Positions 1-13,800 are shown, numbered from the stretch's first letter. The stretch: DNA of 64,000 bases from Lama glama (GCA_028534125.1 CM052818.1:30816001-30880000), one strand, 5' to 3'. Notes: generated from the sequence alone by a model not told the origin. Made by a program: numbers and translations.

Positions 1-194
1 ATGTGACTATAAATGTTAAGAGTCTGTAAAAAAAAAAACTCAATGAATCAATTGGAGATACAATTCCATTGCATTAAGATAAATTCTTGGTGATGGATCA
101 ATTAACCACGTTTGATTCTGTGAATTTCTCCTTTTAGTTTCCCCTTGTGCCTGACGTCAAGCAGCAACACTCTACCTGGGTTAGGTAGTGCTTT

Positions 195-411
195 AGGGCG
201 GACTTCTCTGTAAAGGGCCAGGCTGTAAATATTTTTACTTGTGGGCCATGTGATCGTTGCTCCACCTACTCAGCTCTGCTGTTGTATGTTGCAAAAGCAG
301 CTATGGAGAGTACATAAACAGGGAAGTGTGGCTGTGTTTCAATAAAACTTCTTTTACAAAAACCAAAGGTGGGTCAGATTTGGCCCAGGGGCCATAGTTT
401 GCCAACCCCTG
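195..411. mobile_element. MER58A-like hAT-Charlie non-autonomous DNA transposon
   Basis: ctgtaaagggccagg...gtgtggctgtgtttcaataaaact...ggccatagtttgccaacccctg matches the remembered consensus. Confidence 0.85.
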
Positions 412-2909
412 CTTTAGAGTTTTTTCAGGCCACTTCACATTGTTGTCACCTTGAGTCCTGAGAGTAGGCACAGTACCTGTCATCTCCATTTTACAGCTTA
501 GGTGGCCAGCTCAGAGATGGTCAGGGGTCTGTGCACAGCCACACAAGTAAGAGGTGGCAAACCTGGCCTCCTCCTGGGTTTTCTAATTCCAAACGTGGCG
601 CTCCATTAGCAGGGAACAATGCCTGTTACACAAAAGAAGTACCTTGCTGCCCAAGATAAATCAGGCAGGGCTGATACTTAGTCTTGTTCTTTTGTCCCAA
701 CTGTCAAGAGCATGGAATTGATCACTTTTTCAATCCGATGCCTTTTATCACGTAGACAGAGCCACTGTGCAAGAATGGAGGTTTCTATTCCAATTTTACC
801 TCAGACAACTTAGGGGGTTGTGGCAAGGTGCCAGAGTTCTCTGGAAATCAGTCATCCCGCGGGAAGATTCTACAGGTGTACAGTACCTGTGAGTGGGGAC
901 GTGGTTCCTTTTTCCTTTGTTTCCTTTTCAGAGTCCTGACTCTATTCTTACTGGGGGATCAAGAGCCAAGTGTATGTGTCCAGCATGGGCACGGTGTCTA
1001 GCACACAGTAGGTTCTCAGTAAACCTATGAATGAACTCGGTATCAAGGCAGGGACTTAAGGCATGAAACAGACCCAGTGTCTCACCCAGTGATGCTTCTT
1101 AACATTCACCAGCCAGTTAACATTCAAAGGCCCCCTTGGGGTCATGAGCACCAGGGATACCTCCACCACCGTAAAGCTCTCCCTTCTGCCAGCATCTCTG
1201 GAGAAGGCAAGCACAGCTACTATGGAAAAGTGAAGATTGAGGCTCTGAATATTGATTGGCTGAGTACAAATGAATCCTGACCCGGAGAACATGACAGGGG
1301 ATTCTAACTCCCTGTGGGGAGCCAAGGAAACTCCCAGACACAGGCAGCATGTCTTTGGGCTGCACGCTCTACTATCTGTGCCCCGGTTGGCTTTTTCCTA
1401 TTTATCTGCATCATCTTGCTTTATGGGCCTGTTTCAACACTGCTCACTTATAAGTTAAAATGCAATTTCCAAATATGACCAGGATCCATCTGGCCCTTTG
1501 CAGAGAACTGTGACAATCTGGGAATGAGACAGTTTCTTCCACAGCTTGTAACACACAGAAGACATGCAAGAACTTCCAACTGGCCACGTCTGGATCTAGA
1601 CTCTTCTTAAGATGAGTTAGGAATACTTCTTTAAAGATGAGATATATGTGCGTGTGACCTCATTCTGAAATTTGGAGGGTGAGAGGATCTCGTGCTGGGT
1701 ATGCCCCACAAGGCGCCAAGGGTTGTCATAAGATGCAATGTTTTCAAGCTCGAAGAGGAATCTGAGTGTGACCCAGAGCCCCATAAGGAGGGCATGAGCC
1801 TGGGTCACATTCTGAAGCCAAGGGACCCGCTGCTACCATCTGTCACATCAGGAGCAGTGAAGGATTGCTGTTCAGGCTTGAAGAACAAAAAAAGTAAGAC
1901 CTTGTCTTTATGTGGCCTCATGTTTACAAATGTAAATGTGGTGGAAGGAACTTGTTGGTAAGGAAGTGGACTGGAAAAGCTTTGCCTGATAGTCCGTATC
2001 AGGAAGAAAAACTCAGGGGAAGACACAAGACCAAGAATAACAGCTTTTGTATCCATATAACTAGGTTGGGAGAGTCTTGGGTTTGCCCCCAGGAAGTGTG
2101 TAAGCACCTGTGATAAAAAAGAACAGCCTGAAAACGGAGTGTCCTGACCTCAGAGAGCGGTAAGGGTGTGAGACTAACAGCGTTCTACCAGTGTTAATCC
2201 CCTGGGGAACAACAGGTCGGTGTTAGGCAGGGGAAGTTTCAGTGCATGACTCACTCAGAGCAGAGCCCACTGTGGGGTCCGAGGACAAGAGGCCATTCCA
2301 TGAACTGGTCATGAGCAGTGCACGATGAGCTAAGTAGAAAACTAAGTGTTTAGAAACTTTCATAGCAATTTTATTTCTGTTGAATCTGAAATTTTTAGAG
2401 AAGGGCTTGTATTTTGTATATCTTAAACATTTTTTATTTTTCTGTTAATTCATTTCCATTAAATTTCTATGATAAATTGGAAATCAAAGAATATAGGTCC
2501 TTCACTAGTGATCATTTGAGAAGCATCAATTAGAGGGCAGTAGGGTGTCCTATGGGGTCGGCAGTGGGTCAGTAGGTTGTCAGGATGAGGGAAGCTCAGT
2601 GAAGGCCAGGCACTCAAGGAAGGCTTCCTGGAGGAGGGATCAAGTTGAACATTGGAGGATGGCAAGATCTTGACAAATGAAGAGGACCCTCAGGTCACTT
2701 CTCCAGCTGTGAGGGAATCCCCATACTTAGTATAGACCTGTAGGTAGGTGGTTTTTAGTGCATATACATTCTGTCCCAAGGGCCAAACCTCACACAAATG
2801 TGAGTTCTTGGCACTGAGGTCTGAACACAGTAATGGAAGTCAGGGCCCTGGGTCCTGGATCTGGCTCTAATGTAGTTTCCTCGTGTGGCACTGAGATCAT
2901 TTGACTACC

Positions 2910-2915
<6 letters not shown>

Positions 2916-2944
<29 letters not shown>
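2916..2944. repeat. (AC)n microsatellite
   Basis: About 14 perfect dinucleotide units. Confidence 0.97.
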
Positions 2945-2947
<3 letters not shown>

Positions 2948-3549
2948 GACTGTAAGAGCCATGAGGGCAGGGACTGTCTCTGGAAAATGGTGCCAAGCTC
3001 AAGTCTGGAAGATGATAAATTCTCAGTTAAATTTTTGGTGAATGAATGGATGAATGGATTTCAGCTTTACCCCTTGAAAAATGAAGGGAGCTGGAAAAGA
3101 TTGGTGGTTTCCAAACCATAGAACGAGAAACTTTGCAAAAACGCACTGGGTCCAGCCTGCAAACCTAAGCCTCCACCCTTGAGCTTCTGTAGGATTTCAT
3201 TCAAAGAAAGAAGCCCACTGCTAAAATAATTTTGGGAAATACCAGACTACATGTTTTCCAAGGCTTAGTCTAGCTCCGACATTTTCTAATTCTAGGTGGA
3301 TAAGGATGCAAATAATAGAGGTCATAAAAATCAGACTTAACCAATCACAACTGCACAAAAGTAGATGCAGATCTAAGGATATGCTGGAGTATTTAGGTTG
3401 GCAGGGCCCATGGCTTGCAGAGCTCTTAATATGAAGCTCATGGGTAAGCTTCAAAAGAGGGACCCATTGACCCCCCAAAACGTGTGTAAAATTTTACATA
3501 CCATTGAATATCAGTTCACAGTGCTATGACTGCATGAAACTGGCATACA

Positions 3550-4070
3550 TCCAGTGACTGACAAAGAACACGACAGAGTCTGGCTACCACTGGCTTAAGT
3601 AAGCAAATGGTTTATCTTTCTCATGTAATAAGAGGTCTAGAGGCAAACCACCCAAGGCTGGTTCATTTGTTCAAAGAAGTCATTAAGATCCAGACTCCTT
3701 CCAGCATGCAGCTTTTCCCTAATGGTCCCAAGACAGCTCCTCCATCTCTAAGCATCACATCTGCTTTCCAGAACGGGGAAAGGAGGGATGTCAAAATTAG
3801 TACCAACTGAAGCTGTTTTGTTATTGTTGTTTTGTTTTGTTTTTGTTTTTGTTTTTTTGTTAGGAAAGTCATAGCTTTTCCAAAAGCCCCACCTAAGAGA
3901 CATCCACCTTCATCTCATTGGTCAGCACTATGTTGTGTGGCTGCCTTATCCTGCAAGAAGCCCAGGGAAATCAAGTTTTGTAGCTGGACCATCACATCTG
4001 GGATTCTATTAGTAAGAAAAAAGGGTGGATGGGGAGGTACAGGTAATTCTCAGCATTTGCCACAACACGT
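3550..4070. mobile_element. Old MaLR LTR (MLT1J/K-like), with internal (TTTTG)n
   Basis: ctggcttaag...tctcatgtaataagaggtctagagg...ctcattggtcagcact...cctgcaagaagcccagggaaa; boundaries approximate. Confidence 0.6.
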
Positions 4071-4637
4071 TTGTTTGTTTCACATTGCCAAAGAATGTCA
4101 TCAAGGAAGTAGTTTTGAAGACAATGTAGAAGGAGGAAAGCAAAAGATGCGGTTTTGCAGGAAAGCTGGAGGACGCTGGAGCGGGAGGAAGAGGATGTGT
4201 GAGCTCAGAGGCCCCGGAAGGAGCACTGAAGGGGCAGCCCCGCCCCCTCCACGTCTGGCAAGCGAACTGAGCTTCCACTCCTGCTCCTCTCCTCCCTGTA
4301 TCCCTATTAAGCGGGACTGGCCGTGGGACATTGGCACAGTCAAGGGCCAGGACTCAGCCCTAACGCTGGGGAGACCCCTTTTTCGCACAGGACCTTCTGT
4401 GGCAGCTGGGACCACAACCCTGGCCAGGAACCCCAGCACTTAAGCGAAACTCTAGGACCACCACTTTCCTGGATAAGAATACACCACATGCTTCAGTCTC
4501 TTTCTGACAGCTCCTTTCTCCTCCTCCCTGTGGGCCTGGCAAAGCCTCAACAGGAAGAGAGGAAACAGCATCCTCCGCTCTTCATTTCAGGCACAACTGA
4601 GCCATCCCAGGCCCTTGGATTCGCCAGGTCCCTGGCC

Positions 4638-4865
4638 ATGTCTCTGTTGCCTTCTCTCTGCGGCGGCGGCTGGAAGCTGGGGCGGAAGGACTTCGCGGGG
4701 TGCGCTTCTCAGCTCCCCCAACAGGACTACGAGTCCCTGCTGGAAAGATGCCTGAGGGACGGCTGCCTCTTTGAGGACAAGAGCTTCCCGGCCACCCTGC
4801 GCTCCATCGGCAGCGGGGCCCTGCTGGGGAAGCTGCCTCGCCGCCTGCAGTGGAGGCGGCCTCCG
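4638..4865 (+). CDS. CAPN14: CAPN14 coding exon 1 (exon begins 4591; ATG 4638): MSLLPSL...LFEDKSFPA...QWRRPP
   Basis: Acceptor ttcatttcag ends 4590; Kozak-like GCCATGT; donor CCG/gtaaag; calpain LFED.FP and W.RP motifs. Confidence 0.95.
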
Positions 4866-7800
4866 GTAAAGGGTCCGGGGAGGGGGGCCAGGAGGGGGCT
4901 TCCGGGCCGCACATACTCTGTGGGTCAACCCTGACCCTCCTTCCCAGGGCTCAGGGCTTATTTACTGTCATCAGTCCCCACGTGAAGTGCCCTGGGTTAG
5001 TGCTCACATTCCCATTTCCCAGAGAGACCCAGGGATGACCCTGAGAGGGGTCTAGGAGGTAGCTCTCCCTCACGCCCTGTCCAGAAGCACAGAGCAGCTG
5101 CAGCCAGAAATCTATCAGGGTTCTGCTGAGCTCCATCTGAGTCACCAGTACCATCTGCCAGAGAGACAAAGTTTCACCAATCTTCACTCCTCTCCCCCTA
5201 ATCAGGCTCACGAAACACCTAAAGGAAGAAGCTATTAGTCACTTTACAAGGCATTCTTCACTGTATAAGCTCCATCAACAATTCCTTTGTTGGCAACTTC
5301 TTAATGTGTTCCCAGGCAATCCAGCTCCCCCAAACGTGATTGACACCCAAGATTTCCAGAACACACCTAGAGAACAAAATGAAGTTAAGCTGGGCTACAG
5401 ATTCTCCCCTTTCCTGTGCCCTGTTCAGCCATCACTGTCTGAGCCTGCAGCCCAGGCTTAATCAGTCCCCATTGTGTTTAAAATTCCCAAGTAAGCCTCC
5501 TAAACCAGATGGCAGCCGAGATTCTTCTTCCCCCAGAAAGTCTTGGGAATTGCTGATACAGTGAGTGTGCCACACAGCTGACCTCGACGGAACGGTGCCC
5601 ATGCAAAGAAGGAGGGATCTAGGGCTTCCATGGAGCAGAGACTGTACCACCCCTCCCCAGCCTGCATCCCAGCAAGGAAGCTGGAGAGGCCACTGGCCTG
5701 GGGACTGGGGAGTGGGAAGGAGAAGTAGGGGCAGAGTGAGGGAATGGGAAGATCTCTAGGAAAAATGAGAACACCCTCTAAAAGGGATGCTTCCATTTTT
5801 TCCACATTTTTCAGTTTTATTAGGTAGAATTGTTACAATTTGACTGCACATAAACAATGTATTGCATGTGAATACATATACACAATATACTGCATATATC
5901 TTTTGAATTTACATATATGCATTGTTCATTGTGCCTAGGAAAGTTTAGAGCTTTAGCTTTTTAAACTTACATAGTTATCAAAGGAATAAAGCCAACCACA
6001 AAATAAGAACTAATTCAAAAAGATACATACACCCTGCTGTTAATAGCAACATTATTTATAGTTGCCAAGATATGGAAGCACCCTAAGTGCACATCAATAG
6101 ATGAGTGGATAAAGAAGATGCAGCATATATATGTAATGGACTAAACTCACCCAGAAGAAAGAAGGATATTTTGCCATTTGTGGCCCTTTGTTCACTTTTT
6201 TTTCTCTTCAGAAACCAGAATTTTATAGCTGGCATAAACATTTCCATTGAAGATGCTTCCATTTTAAACAGACACTCCAAGAAAAGGCATTTTTGGTACA
6301 AGCTATTTCTCAATATCCATACAGAGTTCTCTGGGTTTCTGACTTAACATGAGCTGCAAGAAGGAATGAGAAATACAGTGGGCTGGATCTGTATGCCAAA
6401 TTTTCTGGGACATCCCTGACTTCACACATACATCTGTGTCCCCATAAGGCCAGTGTTGGGATGTGGGAAACTACAGTCACTGTAGCCCCAGGAGCTTCCT
6501 TGTTCTTAATCAGGACAGTGTCATCTGTTCCCGCAGGAGCTGCACAGCAATCCTCAGTTCTATTCTGCCAAGGCCAGAAGGCTGGATCTGTGCCAGGGAT
6601 TGGTAGGTAAGTCTGCCCAGTCCCTGAGACACACACCTGACACCTGCAAGCCTGGCCCAGCCAAGGCAGAGGGGGTGGGAGGAGGGGCATCGAGAGATCC
6701 CCAAGGGGGAAATGGCCACCCTGAACTCCACCTGACATGCTGCCCTTTGCCGGCTCAACGATAACAACTAGTCCTCTGAGGATGTATGGGAATGCCCAAC
6801 CTTACCTAACGATCATCCCCATTACCAGTTTACAGGTCTAAGTTTCTCCTTGGGGAAATATGCTCACTCTGCATTAGTCTCTATAACGAGTCCTTGGCAC
6901 ACCCAACACCAGATGCCCCAGAATCCAAGCAGACCTGCCTTCAACATAACTTTCTTTTTAGAGGAATAGAAAAAACTCTTGGCCGTAAGGGAATGCACTT
7001 GTGTAGTGATACCCATTTCACAGACACAGAAAGGAGTCCAGAGGGTTGAGGCTTTCTCAGAAGACCATAAATCAGTTACAGAAGCAGGACTTAGAAAAGT
7101 TTGGTTGTGTTTGGGTCCAAGTTCCTGATGTTGGGGCATTCTGGAAGCTAAAAGCTGGTCCAGAAATATGGTTCGGTTCTTGGTGTCAAGTCTGGGTTCC
7201 AGACAATGTTGCCCACCCCCTACTCTGCTCACTTACCATCTTTCTCCCTGGGATATAATCCTCTTCTCCTAAACTGGGTTACAAGCCCAGGGAGGATAGC
7301 ACTTGAGACCAGGCATTTCCTGTATGCAGTAAGTCCTCAGAAGATTCACGCAGCCACTTGTAGCACATGCACACCTGTCCCGTACGTCCATGCAGACACT
7401 TGAGTCCTGGACGTGCCTGTACAGTGGATTCATGTGCATACTGTGTGCTGTCTGGCTTAGGCGACTGCTGGTTCTTGGCGGCTTTGGAAGCTCTGACTTT
7501 GCACCAGGACATCCTGAGTCGCGTCGTTCCTTTGAATCAGAGTTTTACTGAGAAGTATGCTGGCATCTTCCAGTTCTGGGTGAGTGTCCTTCTGGTGCCC
7601 TAGCCTGCAGGAGGCCTTAGGAAAGAGGGTTCCTGGAAGAGTCACATCCTTGCTTTCTGGGCTGACCACCCTCCACGGGAGTCCTTGCTCACCAGAGGGC
7701 GCTCTCTCCTTCCAGTTCTGGCACTTCGGGAAGTGGGTTCCAGTGGTGGTTGATGACCGACTGCCCGTGAATGAGGCCGGCCAGCTGGTCTTTGTGTCTT

Positions 7801-10800
7801 CCACCTACAAGAACTTGTTCTGGGGAGCTCTTCTGGAAAAGGCCTATGCTAAGTAAGGCAACCACCAGAAACCTTCCCCCTTTCCTTCCCAGCCCTTCCC
7901 TCCTCTCTGTCTCTGTCTCCCTCTCGTCAATGTTGAGGGAGGGCAAGAGGAGGCAGGCAGAGTTCATCAAGTGAGATATTGAGGCCCATCTCAGCAAATA
8001 TAGAAGTGACACATGTAAGGGTCGCCCCATGGGAGCAAGCTTCAGGAATCTTGCCTGTCCCTAATGGATGGAGTTGTTTAATAGAGATGGAAACTCTAAA
8101 TGTGTATTTTCTTTTTTGCCCCTGGGATAGAAGGAAGGAATAGCAGACATGTGACGTGGGGATAACCAGGCAGGGGATTCACTGGACTTGTGTGGCCCAT
8201 CCCTGGCCACAGTGTAATCACCCTTCCCTTATCCCATGTTTATTCCTCCCCTGGGCAGGCTCTCTGGCTCCTATGAAGACTTGCAGCGTGGGCAGGTGTC
8301 TGAAGCCCTGGTGGACTTCACCGGAGGGGTGACAGTGACCATCAAACTGGCAGAAGCCCCTGATAACCTCTGGGACATCCTAACCCAAGCGACCTACAGC
8401 AGAACCCTCATTGGCTGCCAGACCCACTCAGGGGTGAGACTGGGCTGGGCACTGGCAGGATGTCCTCCTCCCCTGCTGGTCCCCTTCCCCCTCATCCACC
8501 AGCTGCTCCTCTCCTCACTGTGGGCCCCCAGACTCCACCAGCTCCCACACCCAGAGTCCGGATGTTCAAACTAGAACAGCAGAGCTGAGCCCTCTGCGTA
8601 GGCGAGACCACAGTAGAATACAGATGGCGTACAGAAAGGAAAGCTAACAATTCTTAAGTGTCAACCGCATGCAGGGCAATTTACCAGCACTGCTAGCCTT
8701 GGCTGTCTAATTTAATAACAGACAAGAACCCTGCCTCCCCTGACAACCTCACACATGACTTAGCAGCTCTGAATCTGAGTTGCCCTCTGTAAACTGGGGT
8801 GATAATCAGTGCAGAATGGCACCCTGACTTCTTGAAAGGCTCAGATGAGAGTGGGTGCTGAAGAGCTTTGAAAATTGTGAGGAAAACACAGCGTGGGTCT
8901 CTCCCACCCCCTCCCCATAAGCCCTCACTCCAGTCGAACAGGTCCCCCAACCCCCACATAAGCTGACCGCAGCAGAGGACTGAGGAGAGCTCTCTGGTCT
9001 CTACAGAAGGAGAGGGTGCTGGAGAACGGTCTTGTGGACGGCCATGCCTACACTCTCACGGGGATCAGGAAGGTGGGTGGAACCAGGCCCCTTTGTCTCG
9101 CTGCAGCCTCTCCCTTCTCTCCAGGGACTTCTTGCCAAGGCTTTGTCTCATCTCGGTGGATGCTATCATCTCTGCCCAGTCTAGGGGATGAATTCTCTGC
9201 TGGACCTGCCAAAGCAGGTGGTGGGCTCCCTTACCTCTGTGCCTCTTCTCTGGGGTGAAGGGTGGATCCTGCCTCCGCCACCTCCCCCACCCCATCCAAT
9301 CAGCCTGCTGTACCTCACAACCCTGCTTTGACCTTCACTTCACCCTGGGCTGCCAATGATAGCTTTTCTATCTGGGTTTTCCCTCCAAATTCCTGCTTAT
9401 TTCTCACATGCTCCTTTTCAACCCTCTCCTAGTTTCCTTCCGTTGCTGTCCACCTTTTGAGCTCTACTAAACATTGAGAGAAAGTTGAAGCAGACAGAGA
9501 CCTTGCCTACAAAGAGCTTACAAATCACAAGTACGGAGGCAAACCATATTTGAAATTGGTGGGGACGCAAAGTAGAAACTGAAAGAAGGGAGCGATGATG
9601 AAAGGCTTTGGGAGTTCAGAGGGAGGAGAGAAGACATTCACCTGGTTGGTTTGGGGGGAAATCAGAAACAGCTTTATAGAGGAGGTGCCATTGAGCTGGC
9701 CCCTGAAAGATGGGTAGATTTGTGTGAGGGGGGAAGGGCCATTCCTGATGGAGGGAGCCGCAGGAACAAAGCATGGAAATAAGGAATCAGTAGGTTGAAC
9801 CTGAAAGAGTCTCTGCTGGTCTCTGGTGCACATGGCTTCCCCAAAGTCCTCCAGTTCCCTTTAACTCTGTTTCACATTTTTCAACTCCATTCACACCTGA
9901 CTTCATCCTCCCACATTTCTTTCCATCAGTCATGTTTGTGTGTGTGCCAAGAACTTTTAATTTATTTTCATATTTATTTAACAAAATTTTATTTTGTTAA
10001 TATTTCTATGTACACATTTATTTAACAAAATTATTTAACAAGATTTAGCCCTCACTGTGTGCTAAGTACTATCTTTACCTGCTTTACCAGCGTTATCTTT
10101 CTTAAGCCTCACAATGGTCCTTTGAGGAGGGCTGCTGTAACAAATTGCCACAAATTGGGAGGCTTAAAGCTACAGAAATTTATTCTTTCAGTTCATTTTT
10201 AAGGCCCGAAGTCTGAAGTCAAGGCATCGTTAATGCTGTTCTCCCTCCGACAGCTCTAGGAAAGAATTCTTCTGAGCTTCTTCTGGCTCATAGTGGCTCC
10301 CAGCATTCCTGAGCTTGGGATGCACAGCTCCAGTCTTTGCTTCCATTTTCACATGTCCGTCTCCTCTGTGTCTGGCCTCTTCTTTTCTTTTGTAAAGACA
10401 TTTGTCATTGGCTTTAGGACCTGCCCTGATCCAGGTTGATTCCATCTCAAGACCCTTAACATGATTACATCCGCGAAGGAAGACCCTTTTTACAGATAGG
10501 ATCACATTGACATTGACCTAGGTAGACTGATCTTTGGAGGAGGCTCCCATTCAACTCACTGCAGTAGATGTGATTATTAGCTTCCTTGTGCAGATCAGGA
10601 AGCAGATACAGAGAGCTTAAGTAACTTGCCTTAGGTCTCACAGCTAGGAAGTAGCAGAGCCATTTTCTCCTCTACCAACTCCCAGGGCCTTTGGTCTTTC
10701 ATTTCAAGGTTTCATCTGCAGGCAGGAATCTCACCCTGGTATCTGCAACATTTGCAGTTGGCACTCAGCCCAGCCACCTGAACTGGTTCTCATTTTATGC

Positions 10801-13800
10801 AGGTGACCTCCAAACATGGACCTGAGTATCTGGTCAAGCTGCGGAACCCCTGGGGGAAGGTGGAATGGAAAGGAGACTGGAGTGACAGGTGAGCTTTTTA
10901 GGCTGGCTGGGAGGGGTGAGGGTGGGGCCAGCGGAGTCGGCTAAGGAAGTTGCCATCAGCACACAAGTTCAAATGCATTCTTTTTGGCCTCGGGCTGGAT
11001 CAGGAAAGCTTCCAGACTGTGACGGTCAATTCCCTCATGTTTATAATTATTATTATTATTTTATCTAAGTGTAGTTGACTTACCGTGTTGTGTTCATTTC
11101 AGGGGTACAGCAAAGTGATTCAGTTATATATTCTCACATTTATAAGATGTTTAAGCACATGGATTGTTTTATCATTCATTATAATAATCAAAGCTAATGT
11201 TTACTGAGAACTTGCTAGCACTGTGCTAAGCCTTTTGGATTTCTAGTATCTCATCTAATCCTCCAAACAACGCTATTATAGGGCAGGTAATTTTATCTCC
11301 ATTTTACTGATGAAGAAACTGATGCTTAGATTGAGTGAACTCCCTAAGGTTGCACAGCATGACTCAGCAAGGTCCTTGGCATCTAGTCCCCGTCCTTTCC
11401 CTGGCACGGCTCAGGGCCCTCGTGGGCTGGCTGAGTCAGAGGTAGACAGATCCAGATTCACCCCTACATAACAACAGCCTCTGGGTATTCTGATTGTTTC
11501 TGCCTGAAATCAGCTCCAAAGGGATGCGGGCTTTACAGGCTACGGACTGGCTGTTGGGCAAAAAGGCAGACTAAGTGCTACCGTCTGTCTCCCTCTGGCT
11601 GTGAAGACTTATAACACTTACCTCTACATCACTCCCCATCACACTTTAGCGTACACAAGCATTTTCACATATACGTTATCACTTAATCATTGTTATAGAT
11701 GAAAAAATGAAGGCTCAGAAAAGTCAGTTAAATTTTACTCCTGATAGAATGTACTGCACTCTGTTTATTATACATTAATAAAGAGGGTTGTCAGAGGGAC
11801 TGGGTCTATGTGGAAAAAATGATATCCAAAGATATATATATATATATATATATATACATTTTAAAGTATTAGGGAAATCATAATGTTGTTGGTAGTGAAT
11901 GTCTTTTTAGAACACATGCTTGCATTTGAGAAAGATGTTGGGTTAAATTAACTTGGTTAGCCTTGTGATCTTAGGCAAGCTTCTTGCCTTCTTTGAGCCA
12001 GGGTGTGATAAGGGTTAAGGAAAACAGTGGGCTTTATCCCACAGTCTCATCTGCTGTTAGTCTCATCCAGAGGATATTTCATTTTAGATATTATATTTTT
12101 CAATTCTAGAGATTCCATTTGAGAATATCTTTTACTTTTTTCCTTATCATGTTCATAGTTTCCTTTACATTCTAGAGAAAGTGGTACATAGTTATAATCG
12201 GTGTTTTAATGTCTGTAACTGCTAATGCCATCATGTCTCTCGTATTTCTAGATCTATTTATAATCTTGATCATGGATCACATTTTCTGCTTCTTCATATG
12301 CACAGTCATTTTTTATTGGATGCTGGACACTGTGAATTTAAGTTTCTGAGTGCTGAATTTTGTTGTATTCCTTTAAAGAACTTTGAGCTTTTTCTGGCAG
12401 GTAGTTGCTTAGGGATCATATTGATGCTTTGAAGTTTTCTTTTGGGAAAGATCTAGAAAAACCACCACTACTAAGGTGCAGACCCTCTGGGTTCTGTGCT
12501 AAAAACCCCATGTGTGCAGTAAGGTCTTTTGACTCTGGCTAGTGGGTGTGCAAATGATTTCCAGCCTGGTGTCAGCTCTGGGAATTGCTCTGGGTACAGT
12601 CCAGCCTTGTGGGGTTTCACTTTATGTCTGCACAGATTTTATTTTAGACAAAGACTTAAGGGAACCCTGATGAAGTTCTCTGGAGTGCCTTCTTTGTGCA
12701 GCCCCCTCATCTTGGGCACTCTCCCCAGCAAATTCTAGCTGTCTTGTCCTCCCTGAACTTCAGGCTCTGTCTCCTCCCCTCGGCAGGACTGCTAGGCTCT
12801 CTTCGGGTCCACTTGCCTGCATCACTGTCCAGGGACTAGTTTCAGGCAGGAGTCTCGGCAGCGTTAAGGCTTACTTCATTTGTTTCCCTCCTCTTGCGGT
12901 CACACGCCTGTGCTTCCTGCTGTCTAAGGTCCAGAAACAGTTGCTTCTTATATGTTGTCCCATTTTTAACTTTATCGTGGGGGAAGTGATACAAGAAAGC
13001 TTTACTCCTTTATGGCCGGAAATAGAAATCCAAAAATGTGGACTGTGAAAATACAAGCAATGGCAGCATACTCAGGGCTAGCTCTGACATTTAATCACCT
13101 TGTGACTTCAAGCAAGTGACCGAATCGCTTTCCACCTCAGTTTCCCAATCTCTAAAATGGCAGTAAAACCCCCTACTTTGTTAAGTTGTTGTTAGCCTTA
13201 AATGAAAGTAAGTACATCAAGAGCCTAGCCCAGAGCTTGTCTCAGAGGAAGTGATGAATTAACATCACCACATGTTGCTTTTCTAATAGAGGATGTGAGA
13301 TTTATTTGCCTACAAGCAGCATAAAGACGAGGAGAATTTACTGGAAGAAATTCTTGCATGTCCTTCACAATCTTTTCGTTCCTCATAAAAATGTTCCTGT
13401 TTCAGCTCAAGGACATGGGAGCTACTGAGCCCCAAGGAGAAGATTCTGCTACTGAGAAAAGAAGATGATGGAGAATTCTGGTATTCGACTCGGGGACTTG
13501 GGGCACGTGCCCTAGCCTAAATTAGAATATCCACCCAGCAAACATTTACAGGGTGCCTTATGTATGCCAGGCATCTCTTCTATAGACATCAGGAAGACCC
13601 TTCGGGGCTCACAGTCTAACAGGGCAAACAATCACAGTGGTGACCCCCAGCATGGAGCTCAGCGGGCACTCAATGCAGGGCGTTGGGGTGTGGCCGCCCC
13701 CTCCTTTCCAGCTTCCACTGGGCTCTGTTGTGTCACTCAGTATGCTCGATCCCGGAGTTGCCCTTCCTAAGCCACTGCGCCTGTGCCCTCCAGAGCCAAA

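Noticed and set aside
837..895. STAT6-type motif TTCTCTGGAA (837-846) and a nearby GTGAGT donor as the CAPN14 promoter and exon 1
   Set aside because: TTC-N4-GAA is expected about once per 4 kb by chance, there is no clear TATA or start site, and exon 1 cannot be established from sequence alone
1617..1808. Minus-strand 63-aa ORF that looks protein-like
   Set aside because: Short, no identifiable family, weak splice signals, and flanked by probable old LTR-derived sequence
3832..4443. 203-aa ORF
   Set aside because: Starts at a non-ATG codon in a (TTTTG)n tract within an old LTR; no recognisable domain
13481..13488. Donor GTATTCGA as a second U12 intron
   Set aside because: It does not match RTATCCTT, and the acceptor at 14524 has a normal pyrimidine tract with no CCTTAAC; treated as a weak U2 donor
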